This document shows positions 16,572 through 24,595 of a stretch of 64,000 bases of DNA, piece after piece. The first letter of the stretch is position 1, and every line of letters starts with the position of its first letter. Both the position numbers and the translations under genes were made by a program. Source of the stretch: Glaciimonas sp. (lineage in GTDB: Bacteria > Pseudomonadota > Gammaproteobacteria > Burkholderiales > Burkholderiaceae_D); assembly GCA_012927625.1 (NCBI GenBank), contig JABBOV010000005.1:1691-65690 (forward strand). Direction: 5' to 3'. The notes below the pieces were generated by a model. The model had not been told where the DNA came from. It did no database searches and worked only from the letters and a program-made list of their open reading frames with translations.

Positions 16572-16957
16572 TGCGCTCAGCATTTATATCATAATATGAT
16601 GTAAATAGCGGAAAGTCCAATCCATATTTTTAAGTTCTGTTTGATTGACCGTATTAACTCAAACGCAAAATAAATCCAGCGACCAATCTCACCATAAAAA
16701 TTTTATCGACGGCCATTTCCCAGCGTAAATAGCCGGATTGCAACAAGCACTAACCGTTAAACGAACAAACAATTACTTTGCATTTTCTTTCAGTTTGCGC
16801 GTCGCAATAATATCATGTTGTGATATTCTTTTCAGAACTTTATCACCATGCTTAATTGCTCCGTAACTTTATGTAATGCACGTGTCGAAGCGGTGTGCCA
16901 ACCAGAACATCCAGGGTTATGATCGCCTCCGACTTTATTCACTTTTTCCTATGCGTA

Positions 16958-17392
16958 ATGACCAATTCCCTACCTACTGACGCTCTTTCCAAACTGGATT
17001 ACGAATTGCTGGCGGATTTTCGGTATCAACTCAGGCGATTTCTACGCTTCAGTGAAGAAATTTCACAAACCCACGGAATAACCCCGCTCCAGTATTTGCT
17101 GTTATTGCAAGTCAAGGGTTATCCGGGACGAGAGTGGGCAACCATTGCCGAGTTGGCCGAACGCTTGCAATCGCACCATCACGGTGTCGTCGCACTGGCG
17201 TCGCGCTGCGAAAAAGCGGCACTGGTTGCGCGCCGTCCGGGCCGTGACGATAGACGCTGCGTCGAGGTCTATCTACTGCCAAAGGGTGAAGAACTATTGC
17301 GGCAACTGGCCTTATTACACCGGGATCAACTGGTGGATCTGCAGCACATTCTGAAAATTCCGAGCGAAAATATCCTGAAACGATTTAACTAG
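16958..17392 (+). CDS. MarR family transcriptional regulator
   Basis: LADFRYQLRRFLRFSEEISQTHGITPLQYLLLLQV...ELAERLQSHHHGVVALASRCEKAALVARRPGRDDRRCVEVYLLPKGEELL is a winged helix-turn-helix. Start set at MTNSLPT rather than the upstream GTG. Confidence 0.8.
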   Translation: MTNSLPTDALSKLDYELLADFRYQLRRFLRFSEEISQTHGITPLQYLLLLQVKGYPGREWATIAELAERLQSHHHGVVALASRCEKAALVARRPGRDDRRCVEVYLLPKGEELLRQLALLHRDQLVDLQHILKIPSENILKRFN

Positions 17393-17531
17393 AAATCGGC
17401 CCGACTGCCGCTGCACCGGATCGATTTTGCAACCGGCCGCAATCATTTTATGAGCGCCAATGTTATTGATTCGCTTGCGCTTGAATTTAAACAGGACTAT
17501 ATTGGTACTCATTGATTTTCAGGAATACATA

Positions 17532-18029
17532 ATGCTACGAATGAGCAAAATGGCGGATTACGGCACCTTGATTCTAACTACACTGGTGCATGAACCGGAG
17601 CGCATACAAAGCGCAGCAGGCATAGCCGCCATGATTCGGGTGCCGGTGCCGACTGTCAGCAAGATTCTCAAGATACTGACCCGCGAAGGCTTGGTAGTAT
17701 CGCTGCGCGGGGCCAAGGGCGGCTATTCGCTTTCTCGCCCAGCCAGCCGCATCACTCTTTCGCACATCATCAATGCGATGGACGGCCCGATCGGCATGAC
17801 CGAATGCAGCATCACGCCTGGCTTGTGCTCTCAAGAGTTGGGTTGTCCGGTTCGTATCAACTGGCAGCGAGTCAATCGAGTTGTGCTTAATACGTTAGAT
17901 CAGATAACGCTGGATCAGATGATCGAACCAGTGATTGAAACAGTCAATATCAGTGCGCTGAGAAAGACGCTGTCGGTGCAAGAATCAGCGCCAGCAAAAA
18001 ATCACAGAATGAATGGAGAGCAACCATGA
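17532..18029 (+). CDS. Rrf2 family regulator (SUF system Fe-S assembly regulator type)
   Basis: [18 protein letters not shown]...[29 protein letters not shown], plus a Cys cluster ([17 protein letters not shown]). The stop overlaps the sufB start. Confidence 0.85.
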   Translation: MLRMSKMADYGTLILTTLVHEPERIQSAAGIAAMIRVPVPTVSKILKILTREGLVVSLRGAKGGYSLSRPASRITLSHIINAMDGPIGMTECSITPGLCSQELGCPVRINWQRVNRVVLNTLDQITLDQMIEPVIETVNISALRKTLSVQESAPAKNHRMNGEQP

Positions 18030-19480
18030 CCGAAGCAACCGCAACAAGCAGTCTGGAGACACTAATTAGTAGCGAATACCAACACGGTTTCGTAACCGAT
18101 CTGGAAACCGACAGCGTGCCCCGCGGCCTGACCGAGGACACGATTCGCCTGATCTCGGCGCGCAAGGATGAGCCGGAATTCATGCTGGAATGGCGTCTGA
18201 AAGCATTCCGGCACTGGCTCACTTTGACCGAACCGAACTGGTCTACCGCGCATTATCCTGCCATCGATTACCAGGACATCATCTACTATTCGGCCCCGAA
18301 ATCCATGCTGGACAGGCCGCAGAGTCTGGCCGACGTCGATCCAGAATTGCTCAAGACTTACGAAAAACTGGGAGTGCCGTTGAGGGAGCGCGAAATGCTG
18401 GCCGGAGTCGCAGTCGACGCAGTATTTGACAGCATATCTGTCGGCACCACGTTCAAGGACAAACTCGGTGAACTCGGCATCATCTTCGGCTCTTTCTCAG
18501 ATGCGGTGCGCGAGCATCCTGATTTAGTGCAGCAATACTTGGGCTCGGTGGTGCCGTACACCGACAATTATTTTGCGGCGCTCAATGCAGCGGTATTTTC
18601 CGACGGCTCGTTTTGCTACATCCCGCCCGGAGTGCGCTGCCCGATGGAATTATCGACCTACTTCCGTATCAATGCCAAGGATACCGGCCAGTTCGAGCGT
18701 ACGCTGATCATTGCCGATGCGGGCGCATACGTTAGCTATCTCGAAGGCTGCACCGCGCCGATGCGCGATGAAAACCAATTACATGCGGCAGTAGTGGAAC
18801 TGGTGGCAATGGATAACGCACGCATCAAATACTCGACAGTACAAAACTGGTATCCAGGCGACAAGAATGGCAAGGGCGGCATCTATAACTTCGTCACCAA
18901 GCGCGGTGACTGCCGCGGCGCCAACTCGCATATCTCCTGGACTCAGGTGGAAACCGGTTCAGCAATCACCTGGAAATACCCGAGCTGCATTCTGCGCGGC
19001 GACAATTCAATCGGCGAATTTTATTCGGTAGCGTTGACCAATAATTATCAGCAAGCTGACACCGGTTCCAAAATGATTCATATCGGCCGCAATACACACA
19101 GCACGATCATTTCCAAAGGAATTTCAGCAGGACGCGGACAAAACGCTTATCGCGGGCTGGTGAAAATCCTGAAATCGGCCGAAGGCGCGCGCAACTATAC
19201 CCAATGCGATTCGCTGTTGCTGGGCGACAAATGCGGTGCGCACACCTTCCCATATATCGAGGTCAAAAATCCGACAGCGCGGGTCGAACACGAAGCTTCC
19301 ACCTCGCGCATCGGAGAAGACCAGTTGTTTTATTGCAAGCAACGCGGCATTTCGGCCGAAGACGCGGTGTCGATGATCGTCAACGGTTTTTGCAAGGAAG
19401 TGTTCAAAGAGCTGCCGATGGAATTCGCAGTGGAAGCACAGAAATTGATGAGCGTAAGCCTTGAAGGCTGTGTCGGTTAA
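18026..19480 (+). CDS. sufB: Fe-S cluster assembly protein SufB
   Basis: 484 aa with conserved blocks [46 protein letters not shown] and [20 protein letters not shown]. Confidence 0.97.
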   Translation: MTEATATSSLETLISSEYQHGFVTDLETDSVPRGLTEDTIRLISARKDEPEFMLEWRLKAFRHWLTLTEPNWSTAHYPAIDYQDIIYYSAPKSMLDRPQSLADVDPELLKTYEKLGVPLREREMLAGVAVDAVFDSISVGTTFKDKLGELGIIFGSFSDAVREHPDLVQQYLGSVVPYTDNYFAALNAAVFSDGSFCYIPPGVRCPMELSTYFRINAKDTGQFERTLIIADAGAYVSYLEGCTAPMRDENQLHAAVVELVAMDNARIKYSTVQNWYPGDKNGKGGIYNFVTKRGDCRGANSHISWTQVETGSAITWKYPSCILRGDNSIGEFYSVALTNNYQQADTGSKMIHIGRNTHSTIISKGISAGRGQNAYRGLVKILKSAEGARNYTQCDSLLLGDKCGAHTFPYIEVKNPTARVEHEASTSRIGEDQLFYCKQRGISAEDAVSMIVNGFCKEVFKELPMEFAVEAQKLMSVSLEGCVG

Positions 19481-19505
19481 TAATGGCCACTGGCCTCTCC
19501 TCCAA

Positions 19506-19531
19506 CCCCTTTCCCGCATGCGGGAAAGGGG
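19506..19531. repeat. Perfect 26-bp GC-rich palindrome between sufB and sufC
   Basis: CCCCTTTCCCGCATGCGGGAAAGGGG is its own reverse complement. It is preceded by a smaller GGCCACTGGCC palindrome. Confidence 0.8.
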
Positions 19532-19585
19532 AGCGAAGTGAATCGCTATGCGACCTTCAGGTTAAAAATAGTAAAGGAATACAGC

Positions 19586-20377
19586 ATGTTGGAAATTAGA
19601 AATCTACAAGCAAGCGTTGACAACAAGCCGATCCTGCGCGGCCTCAATTTGACCGTGAAAGCCGGCGAAGTGCATGCCATCATGGGGCCGAATGGCTCCG
19701 GCAAAAGTACCTTGGCGCAAGTGCTGGCGGGACACGACAACTATAAGGTCACCGGTGGCGAGGTGCTCTATCAAGGCCACGATTTGCTGGCGCTGGCACC
19801 CGAAGAGCGGGCGCGGGAAGGCGTCTTCCTGGCGTTCCAGTATCCGGTGGAAATTCCCGGCGTGAGCAATGTCTATTTGCTGAAAACTGCGCTCAACAAT
19901 ATTCGCAAGCATCGCGGCTTGCCTGAACTCGACGCGATGGAATTTCTCGTCTTGATCAAGGAAAAAATGGCGCAGATGGATATGAGCAAGGAATTACTGT
20001 ACCGCTCGGTCAACGAAGGCTTTTCCGGTGGCGAAAAAAAGCGCAACGAAATTCTACAAATGGCATTGCTGGAACCGAAACTGGCGATTCTTGACGAGAC
20101 CGATTCCGGGCTCGACATTGATGCGCTGCAAATCGTGGCCCGGGGCATCAATGCCTTGCGAAGCCCTGAACGCGCGATGATCATGGTGACCCATTACCAG
20201 CGTCTGCTGGATTACGTGGTGCCCGACTTTGTGCATGTTTTGTCGCAAGGAATCATCGTCAAAACTGGCGGCAAGGAACTGGCGCTCGAACTGGAACAGC
20301 GCGGTTACGGCTGGCTGGAAGAAGCGGCAACAGCTGCAGTAACGGCAGCAGCATCCGAGAATAGCGCGGTGGCATGA
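19586..20377 (+). CDS. sufC: Fe-S cluster assembly ATPase SufC
   Basis: [11 protein letters not shown]...[11 protein letters not shown] (Walker A), [13 protein letters not shown] (signature) and [12 protein letters not shown] (Walker B). Start trimmed to the ATG preceded by AAGGAA. Confidence 0.95.
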   Translation: MLEIRNLQASVDNKPILRGLNLTVKAGEVHAIMGPNGSGKSTLAQVLAGHDNYKVTGGEVLYQGHDLLALAPEERAREGVFLAFQYPVEIPGVSNVYLLKTALNNIRKHRGLPELDAMEFLVLIKEKMAQMDMSKELLYRSVNEGFSGGEKKRNEILQMALLEPKLAILDETDSGLDIDALQIVARGINALRSPERAMIMVTHYQRLLDYVVPDFVHVLSQGIIVKTGGKELALELEQRGYGWLEEAATAAVTAAASENSAVA

Positions 20378-20378
20378 T

Positions 20379-21746
20379 ATGAATAGCAATAGTCCAGCCA
20401 GAGAACACACTCTCGCCGATTTCAAACGTATCGCAGCCGTTCTGCCGGGCGCACAAACGCCGTGGTTGACGAAAATGCGCAGCGCAGCACTGGAGCGTTT
20501 TGCGCAAAACGGCTTTCCCACTATCCGCGATGAAGAATGGAAATACACCAGTGTCGCTGCCATCGAGAAACATGCCTTCCTGGCATTGCCGAACGGCGGC
20601 AAGCACAGTAATGCGACAGCCGCATTGGTAGAAAGCCTGACCCAGAATCTGGTACTAAGCGGCACCGGCCACTTGCTGGTTTTTCATAATGGCCACCATG
20701 CCCCTGCCCTGTCGGCACCGGGCCAGCTGCCTGCGGGCGTGACACTGGGCAGTTTGGCCGATGCGCTGCAGCAAACGCCGGACGTACTTGAACCGTATCT
20801 GAGCAATGACGATCGTCAAACCGTGCAGACTATATTCGGCGCGCTCAATACCGCCTTCATGGCCGATGGCGCTTATCTGCATCTGGCACGCGGCGTAGTA
20901 CTGGAACAGCCGGTGCATCTGCTATTCGTCACAACTGAATCAGGTAATGCAAGGCCGTTTTCAACCCACCCGCACAACCTGATCGTGGCCGAAGCAGGCG
21001 CGCAAGCGACGGTAATCGAGCACTATGCCGGGCCGGATGGCGTGGTGTATTTCACCAACGCCGTAACGCAAATTTTTACCGCAGAAAATGCCGCAATCGA
21101 GCACTACAAACTGCAACAGGAAGCTGCGCAAGCGTTCCATGTCGCCGGCATTCACGCGGCGCAACAGCGCAACAGCCGATTGGCATCGCACTCGATCACG
21201 CTCGGCGCGGCACTGGCGCGCAACGACATTACGACTGCATTCAATGCGCCGGGCAGCGAGGCTACGCTCAACGGCCTGTATCTGGTCGGCGGCCAACAGC
21301 ATGTGGATAACCACACCCGCATCGATCATCTCGAACCGGGTTGCACCAGCCATGAATATTATCGCGGCGTGCTGGATGGCCGTGCGCGTGCGGTGTTCAA
21401 TGGCAAGGTAATCGTTCATCCGGGCGCGCAAAAGACCAACGCGCACCAGACCAACCACAATCTGTTGCTGTCCAGAGATGCGGAAATCGATACCAAACCG
21501 CAACTGGAAATCTACGCCGACGACGTCCAATGTACGCACGGTGCAACCATTGGCCAGATTGACGAAACGCAGCTCTTTTATTTACGTTCACGCGGGGTGG
21601 AAGAAGCGATGGCAAGAGGCTTGCTGATCCACGCGTTCGCCCATGACGTGATCGAACGCATTCGCGTCACATCGCTACGTACTCGGATCGAACAAATCCT
21701 GCTCACCCGATTGCCACAGGGTGATCGCATCAAGGAACTGACATGA
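20379..21746 (+). CDS. sufD: Fe-S cluster assembly protein SufD
   Basis: 455 aa. The C-terminal beta-helix blocks (HTRIDHLEPGCTSHEYYRGVLDGRARAVFNGKVIV...QLEIYADDVQCTHGATIGQIDE) are SufD-like. Confidence 0.9.
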   Translation: MNSNSPAREHTLADFKRIAAVLPGAQTPWLTKMRSAALERFAQNGFPTIRDEEWKYTSVAAIEKHAFLALPNGGKHSNATAALVESLTQNLVLSGTGHLLVFHNGHHAPALSAPGQLPAGVTLGSLADALQQTPDVLEPYLSNDDRQTVQTIFGALNTAFMADGAYLHLARGVVLEQPVHLLFVTTESGNARPFSTHPHNLIVAEAGAQATVIEHYAGPDGVVYFTNAVTQIFTAENAAIEHYKLQQEAAQAFHVAGIHAAQQRNSRLASHSITLGAALARNDITTAFNAPGSEATLNGLYLVGGQQHVDNHTRIDHLEPGCTSHEYYRGVLDGRARAVFNGKVIVHPGAQKTNAHQTNHNLLLSRDAEIDTKPQLEIYADDVQCTHGATIGQIDETQLFYLRSRGVEEAMARGLLIHAFAHDVIERIRVTSLRTRIEQILLTRLPQGDRIKELT

Positions 21747-23017
21747 AAATGGATACTGAAGTGCTCTCACAGCCAACATCACATCCCGCCATAGCACAGC
21801 GCAGTTTGGCCGACAGGCGCAAGGATTTCCCTATCCTGCAAAGCACCATAGCCGGCAAGCCGCTGGTCTATCTGGACAATGCCGCCACCACCCAAAAGCC
21901 GCAATCGGTAATCGATGCTGAAGTCGCTTTTTACAGCCGCAGCAACGCCAATGTGCATCGCGGCGTGCATACCCTGAGCCAGCGCGCCACCGACGATTAT
22001 GAAGCGGCGCGTGACAAGGTGCGTCGCTTCATCAATGCCGCCAGCAGCAAGGAAATCGTGTATGTGCGCGGCACCACCGAAGCTATCAATTTGGTGGCGC
22101 AAAGCTATGCCCGGCCGCTTCTGACCAAAGACGACAACATTATCATCAGCGCGATGGAACACCATTCCAACATCGTGCCGTGGCAAATGGTGTGCGCCCA
22201 GACCGGCGCGGAACTCAGAGTAGTGCCGGTCAACGATGCCGGAGAATTCGAGTTCGATGTCTTTGCCAAACTAATAGGGCCCGGCACCAAGCTGGTCGCC
22301 GTCACGCATCTGTCGAACGCGCTAGGCAGCATATCGCCGGTCAAGCGCATCATCGATCTTGCGCATTCTCACGGTGTGCCGGTATTGCTGGACGGTGCGC
22401 AAGCGGTGTCGCATATCGAGGTGGATGTGGCGGCGCTGGGTTGCGATTTTTATGCTTTTTCCGGGCATAAAATTTTCGGGCCGACCGGCATCGGTGCGCT
22501 GTACGGCAAAGAAGCATTACTGGAAGCCATGCCGCCCTACCAAGGCGGCGGAGATATGATCCGTTCAGTCACTTTCGGCAAGACTGAGTACAACGATCTG
22601 CCTTACAAGTTCGAAGCCGGTACCCCGAATATCGCCGGCGCCATCGGGCTGGGTGCAGCGCTCGATTATGTATCCGCCATCGGCATCGACGTCATTGCGC
22701 AGCATGAAGACGATTTGCTCGAATACGCAACCGGCCTGGTGTCCAAAATACCGGGGCTGCGCATCATCGGCACCGCACAGCAAAAAGCCAGCATTCTGTC
22801 CTTCACGATGGAAGGCATACATCCGCACGACATCGGCACCATTCTGGATCACGACGGAGTTGCGATTCGTGCCGGGCACCATTGTGCGATGCCGGTCATG
22901 CAGCGTTTCGGCCTTGCCGGCACCGCGCGCGCTTCGTTTGCGTTCTACAACACGCGCCAGGAAGTCGATGCGTTAGTGGCATCGCTGCATAAAGTACAGG
23001 AGATGTTTCAGCCATGA
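21743..23017 (+). CDS. sufS: Cysteine desulfurase SufS (class II aminotransferase V)
   Basis: YLDNAATTQKP, HHSNIVPWQ, SGHKIFGPTGIGALYG (PLP lysine) and RAGHHCAMP (active-site Cys). Confidence 0.95.
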   Translation: MKMDTEVLSQPTSHPAIAQRSLADRRKDFPILQSTIAGKPLVYLDNAATTQKPQSVIDAEVAFYSRSNANVHRGVHTLSQRATDDYEAARDKVRRFINAASSKEIVYVRGTTEAINLVAQSYARPLLTKDDNIIISAMEHHSNIVPWQMVCAQTGAELRVVPVNDAGEFEFDVFAKLIGPGTKLVAVTHLSNALGSISPVKRIIDLAHSHGVPVLLDGAQAVSHIEVDVAALGCDFYAFSGHKIFGPTGIGALYGKEALLEAMPPYQGGGDMIRSVTFGKTEYNDLPYKFEAGTPNIAGAIGLGAALDYVSAIGIDVIAQHEDDLLEYATGLVSKIPGLRIIGTAQQKASILSFTMEGIHPHDIGTILDHDGVAIRAGHHCAMPVMQRFGLAGTARASFAFYNTRQEVDALVASLHKVQEMFQP

Positions 23018-23463
23018 ACGACCTACGAGAGCTATATCAGGAAGTGATCTTCGATCACTACCGCAAGCCGCGCAACTGTCATGTATTGGACTGCGCCAAT
23101 CACCAGGCTGACGGCTACAACCCGCTGTGCGGCGATCAGGTGACGGTCTATCTGAAAGTGGAAAACGGTGTGATTGAAGACCTCAGCTTCAAAGGCACCG
23201 GCTGCGCGATTTCGACCGCCTCCGCATCCCTGATGACGGAAGCATTGAAGGGCAAGAAAATTGCCGAAGTCGAACACCTGTTCAACGATTTTCACCAAAT
23301 GGTCACGGCGTCAGACGAATCGGCACCACGCCCTGACCTGGGCAAACTCGAAGCGCTGGCTGGCGTGCATGAATTTCCAGCCCGCGTGAAATGTGCAACG
23401 CTGGCCTGGCACACATTGCAAGCCGCACTCAAAAATCAAGCAATACCAGCAAAAACGGAGTAA
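23014..23463 (+). CDS. sufU: SufU / NifU-N-like Fe-S scaffold or sulfur acceptor
   Basis: LYQEVIFDHYRKPRN...NPLCGDQVTVYLKV...GTGCAISTASASLMTE...ARVKCATLAWHTL carries the three conserved Cys of the IscU/SufU family. Confidence 0.85.
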   Translation: MNDLRELYQEVIFDHYRKPRNCHVLDCANHQADGYNPLCGDQVTVYLKVENGVIEDLSFKGTGCAISTASASLMTEALKGKKIAEVEHLFNDFHQMVTASDESAPRPDLGKLEALAGVHEFPARVKCATLAWHTLQAALKNQAIPAKTE

Positions 23464-23467
23464 GAAA

Positions 23468-23824
23468 ATGAATCCCGACACAGCATTCCTGGCAGCGGAC
23501 AACGACCCCAATCTTGCAAGCGATGCACTAAGAGAAAATCTGATCGCCATGCTGCGCACTATTTACGACCCCGAAATCCCCGTCAATATTTACGACCTGG
23601 GACTGATATACAACATCGATATCGCGCCCGATGGTGAAGTTGAAATCGAAATGACACTCACCGCGCCAGCCTGTCCGGTAGCCGGCACCTTCCCTGCCAC
23701 AGTCGAAGAGCGCCTATCCGAAGTACCCGGCGTAAACGGCGTACACGTGGAACTGGTATGGGAACCAGCCTGGAACATGGATTCGATGAGCGACGAAGTC
23801 AAGCTCGAACTGGGCTTGCTTTAA
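23468..23824 (+). CDS. sufT: DUF59-type Fe-S assembly protein (SufT-like)
   Basis: IYDPEIPVNIYDLGLIYNIDI...MTLTAPACPVAG is the DUF59 signature. Start set at MNPDTAF. Confidence 0.8.
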   Translation: MNPDTAFLAADNDPNLASDALRENLIAMLRTIYDPEIPVNIYDLGLIYNIDIAPDGEVEIEMTLTAPACPVAGTFPATVEERLSEVPGVNGVHVELVWEPAWNMDSMSDEVKLELGLL

Positions 23825-23830
23825 TCTTTA

Positions 23831-23886
23831 AGTAGTGCAGGCCTGCGTGCCTGCAACCCGATGCAGGCACGCAGGCCTGCACTACT
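23831..23886. repeat. Perfect 25-bp-stem hairpin between sufT and the Rieske gene
   Basis: AGTAGTGCAGGCCTGCGTGCCTGCA - ACCCGA - TGCAGGCACGCAGGCCTGCACTACT. No T-run follows. The next RBS and ATG begin about 15 nt later. Confidence 0.8.
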
Positions 23887-23908
23887 CATCCACACAAAAG
23901 GAGTTCAC

Positions 23909-24229
23909 ATGTCGAACTGGTTTGATGTCGCACCCGCAAGCGAATTTCCGGCGGGAGACTGGCGTTCAATCGATCTGGATGGAACCCAGGTTGCCGTATT
24001 CAACTTGGGCGGCGAGTATTACGCGATTGAAGATGTCTGCACCCACGACGGCGGCATCCTGACCGGCGGTGCGCTGGAGGGCGAGGAAATTATCTGCCCA
24101 CGCCACGGGGCCCGGTTTTCAGTCAAAACCGGCAAGGTTCTGGCACCACCGGCGTATGAAGATGTCAGCCGATTTCCAGTGCAAGTAGAGTCCGGCATAG
24201 TGCAAGTACGGGATATACGCTGGGATTGA
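23909..24229 (+). CDS. Rieske [2Fe-2S] ferredoxin-like protein
   Basis: CTHDGG...CPRHGARF is the Rieske CxH...CxxH motif. 106 aa, with AAAGGAG upstream. Confidence 0.85.
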   Translation: MSNWFDVAPASEFPAGDWRSIDLDGTQVAVFNLGGEYYAIEDVCTHDGGILTGGALEGEEIICPRHGARFSVKTGKVLAPPAYEDVSRFPVQVESGIVQVRDIRWD

Positions 24230-24296
24230 TGCGCTTATTTTCGAGCAGGAGCCGCGTTAGCATCTAAATTCCTGGATATTTAATATACATATTCGT

Positions 24297-24355
24297 GTAT
24301 TTTTATATTCCGCAATTAAAACATGCGTAAATTGCATCGTTTTTAAACATACTCC
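24297..24355 (+). repeat. Three-box AT-rich intergenic repeat, copy C
   Basis: GTATTTTTA-N17-ATGCGT-N19-CATACTCC. Confidence 0.8.
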
Positions 24356-24539
24356 ACCAAAAAAATACATACATCGCACTGTGATTCAATAACAACGCTA
24401 ACCGTCACCACCGGGGGATCGTCGATCATTTTCAGGATGTGCCGCACCCGTTCTTGCCATAGGTCATACTTTTCAGTTTGCAAGTTTCACTCTTCTTGTT
24501 GTATCCGCGTCACTTTGTCCGAAAAAATCAATGCTTTTG

Positions 24540-24584
24540 CACTTGAACCTGACGTAACGTCATAACTTATTGTTCGTTCAAGTG
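24540..24584 (+). promoter_or_regulatory. MerR-type promoter/operator (19-bp spacer)
   Basis: -35 TTGAAC (24543-24548), a 19-nt spacer containing the perfect palindrome TGACGTAACGTCA (24550-24562), then -10 TATTGT (24568-24573). Outer 9-bp inverted repeat CACTTGAAC/GTTCAAGTG. GGAGGG RBS and ATG at 24596. Confidence 0.6.
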
Positions 24585-24595
24585 GAGGGATTGCG

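Noticed and set aside
17470-17531. IscR/Rrf2-type operator upstream of the suf regulator (around ACAGGACTATATTGGTACTCAT).
   Set aside because: There is only loose dyad symmetry, and I cannot match it convincingly to type-1 or type-2 IscR motifs without a matrix scan.
20054-20665. 203-aa minus-strand ORF across the sufC/sufD junction. The same reasoning applies to 20961-21539, 21779-22186 and 22565-22882.
   Set aside because: These are antisense to strongly supported suf genes and carry no motifs.
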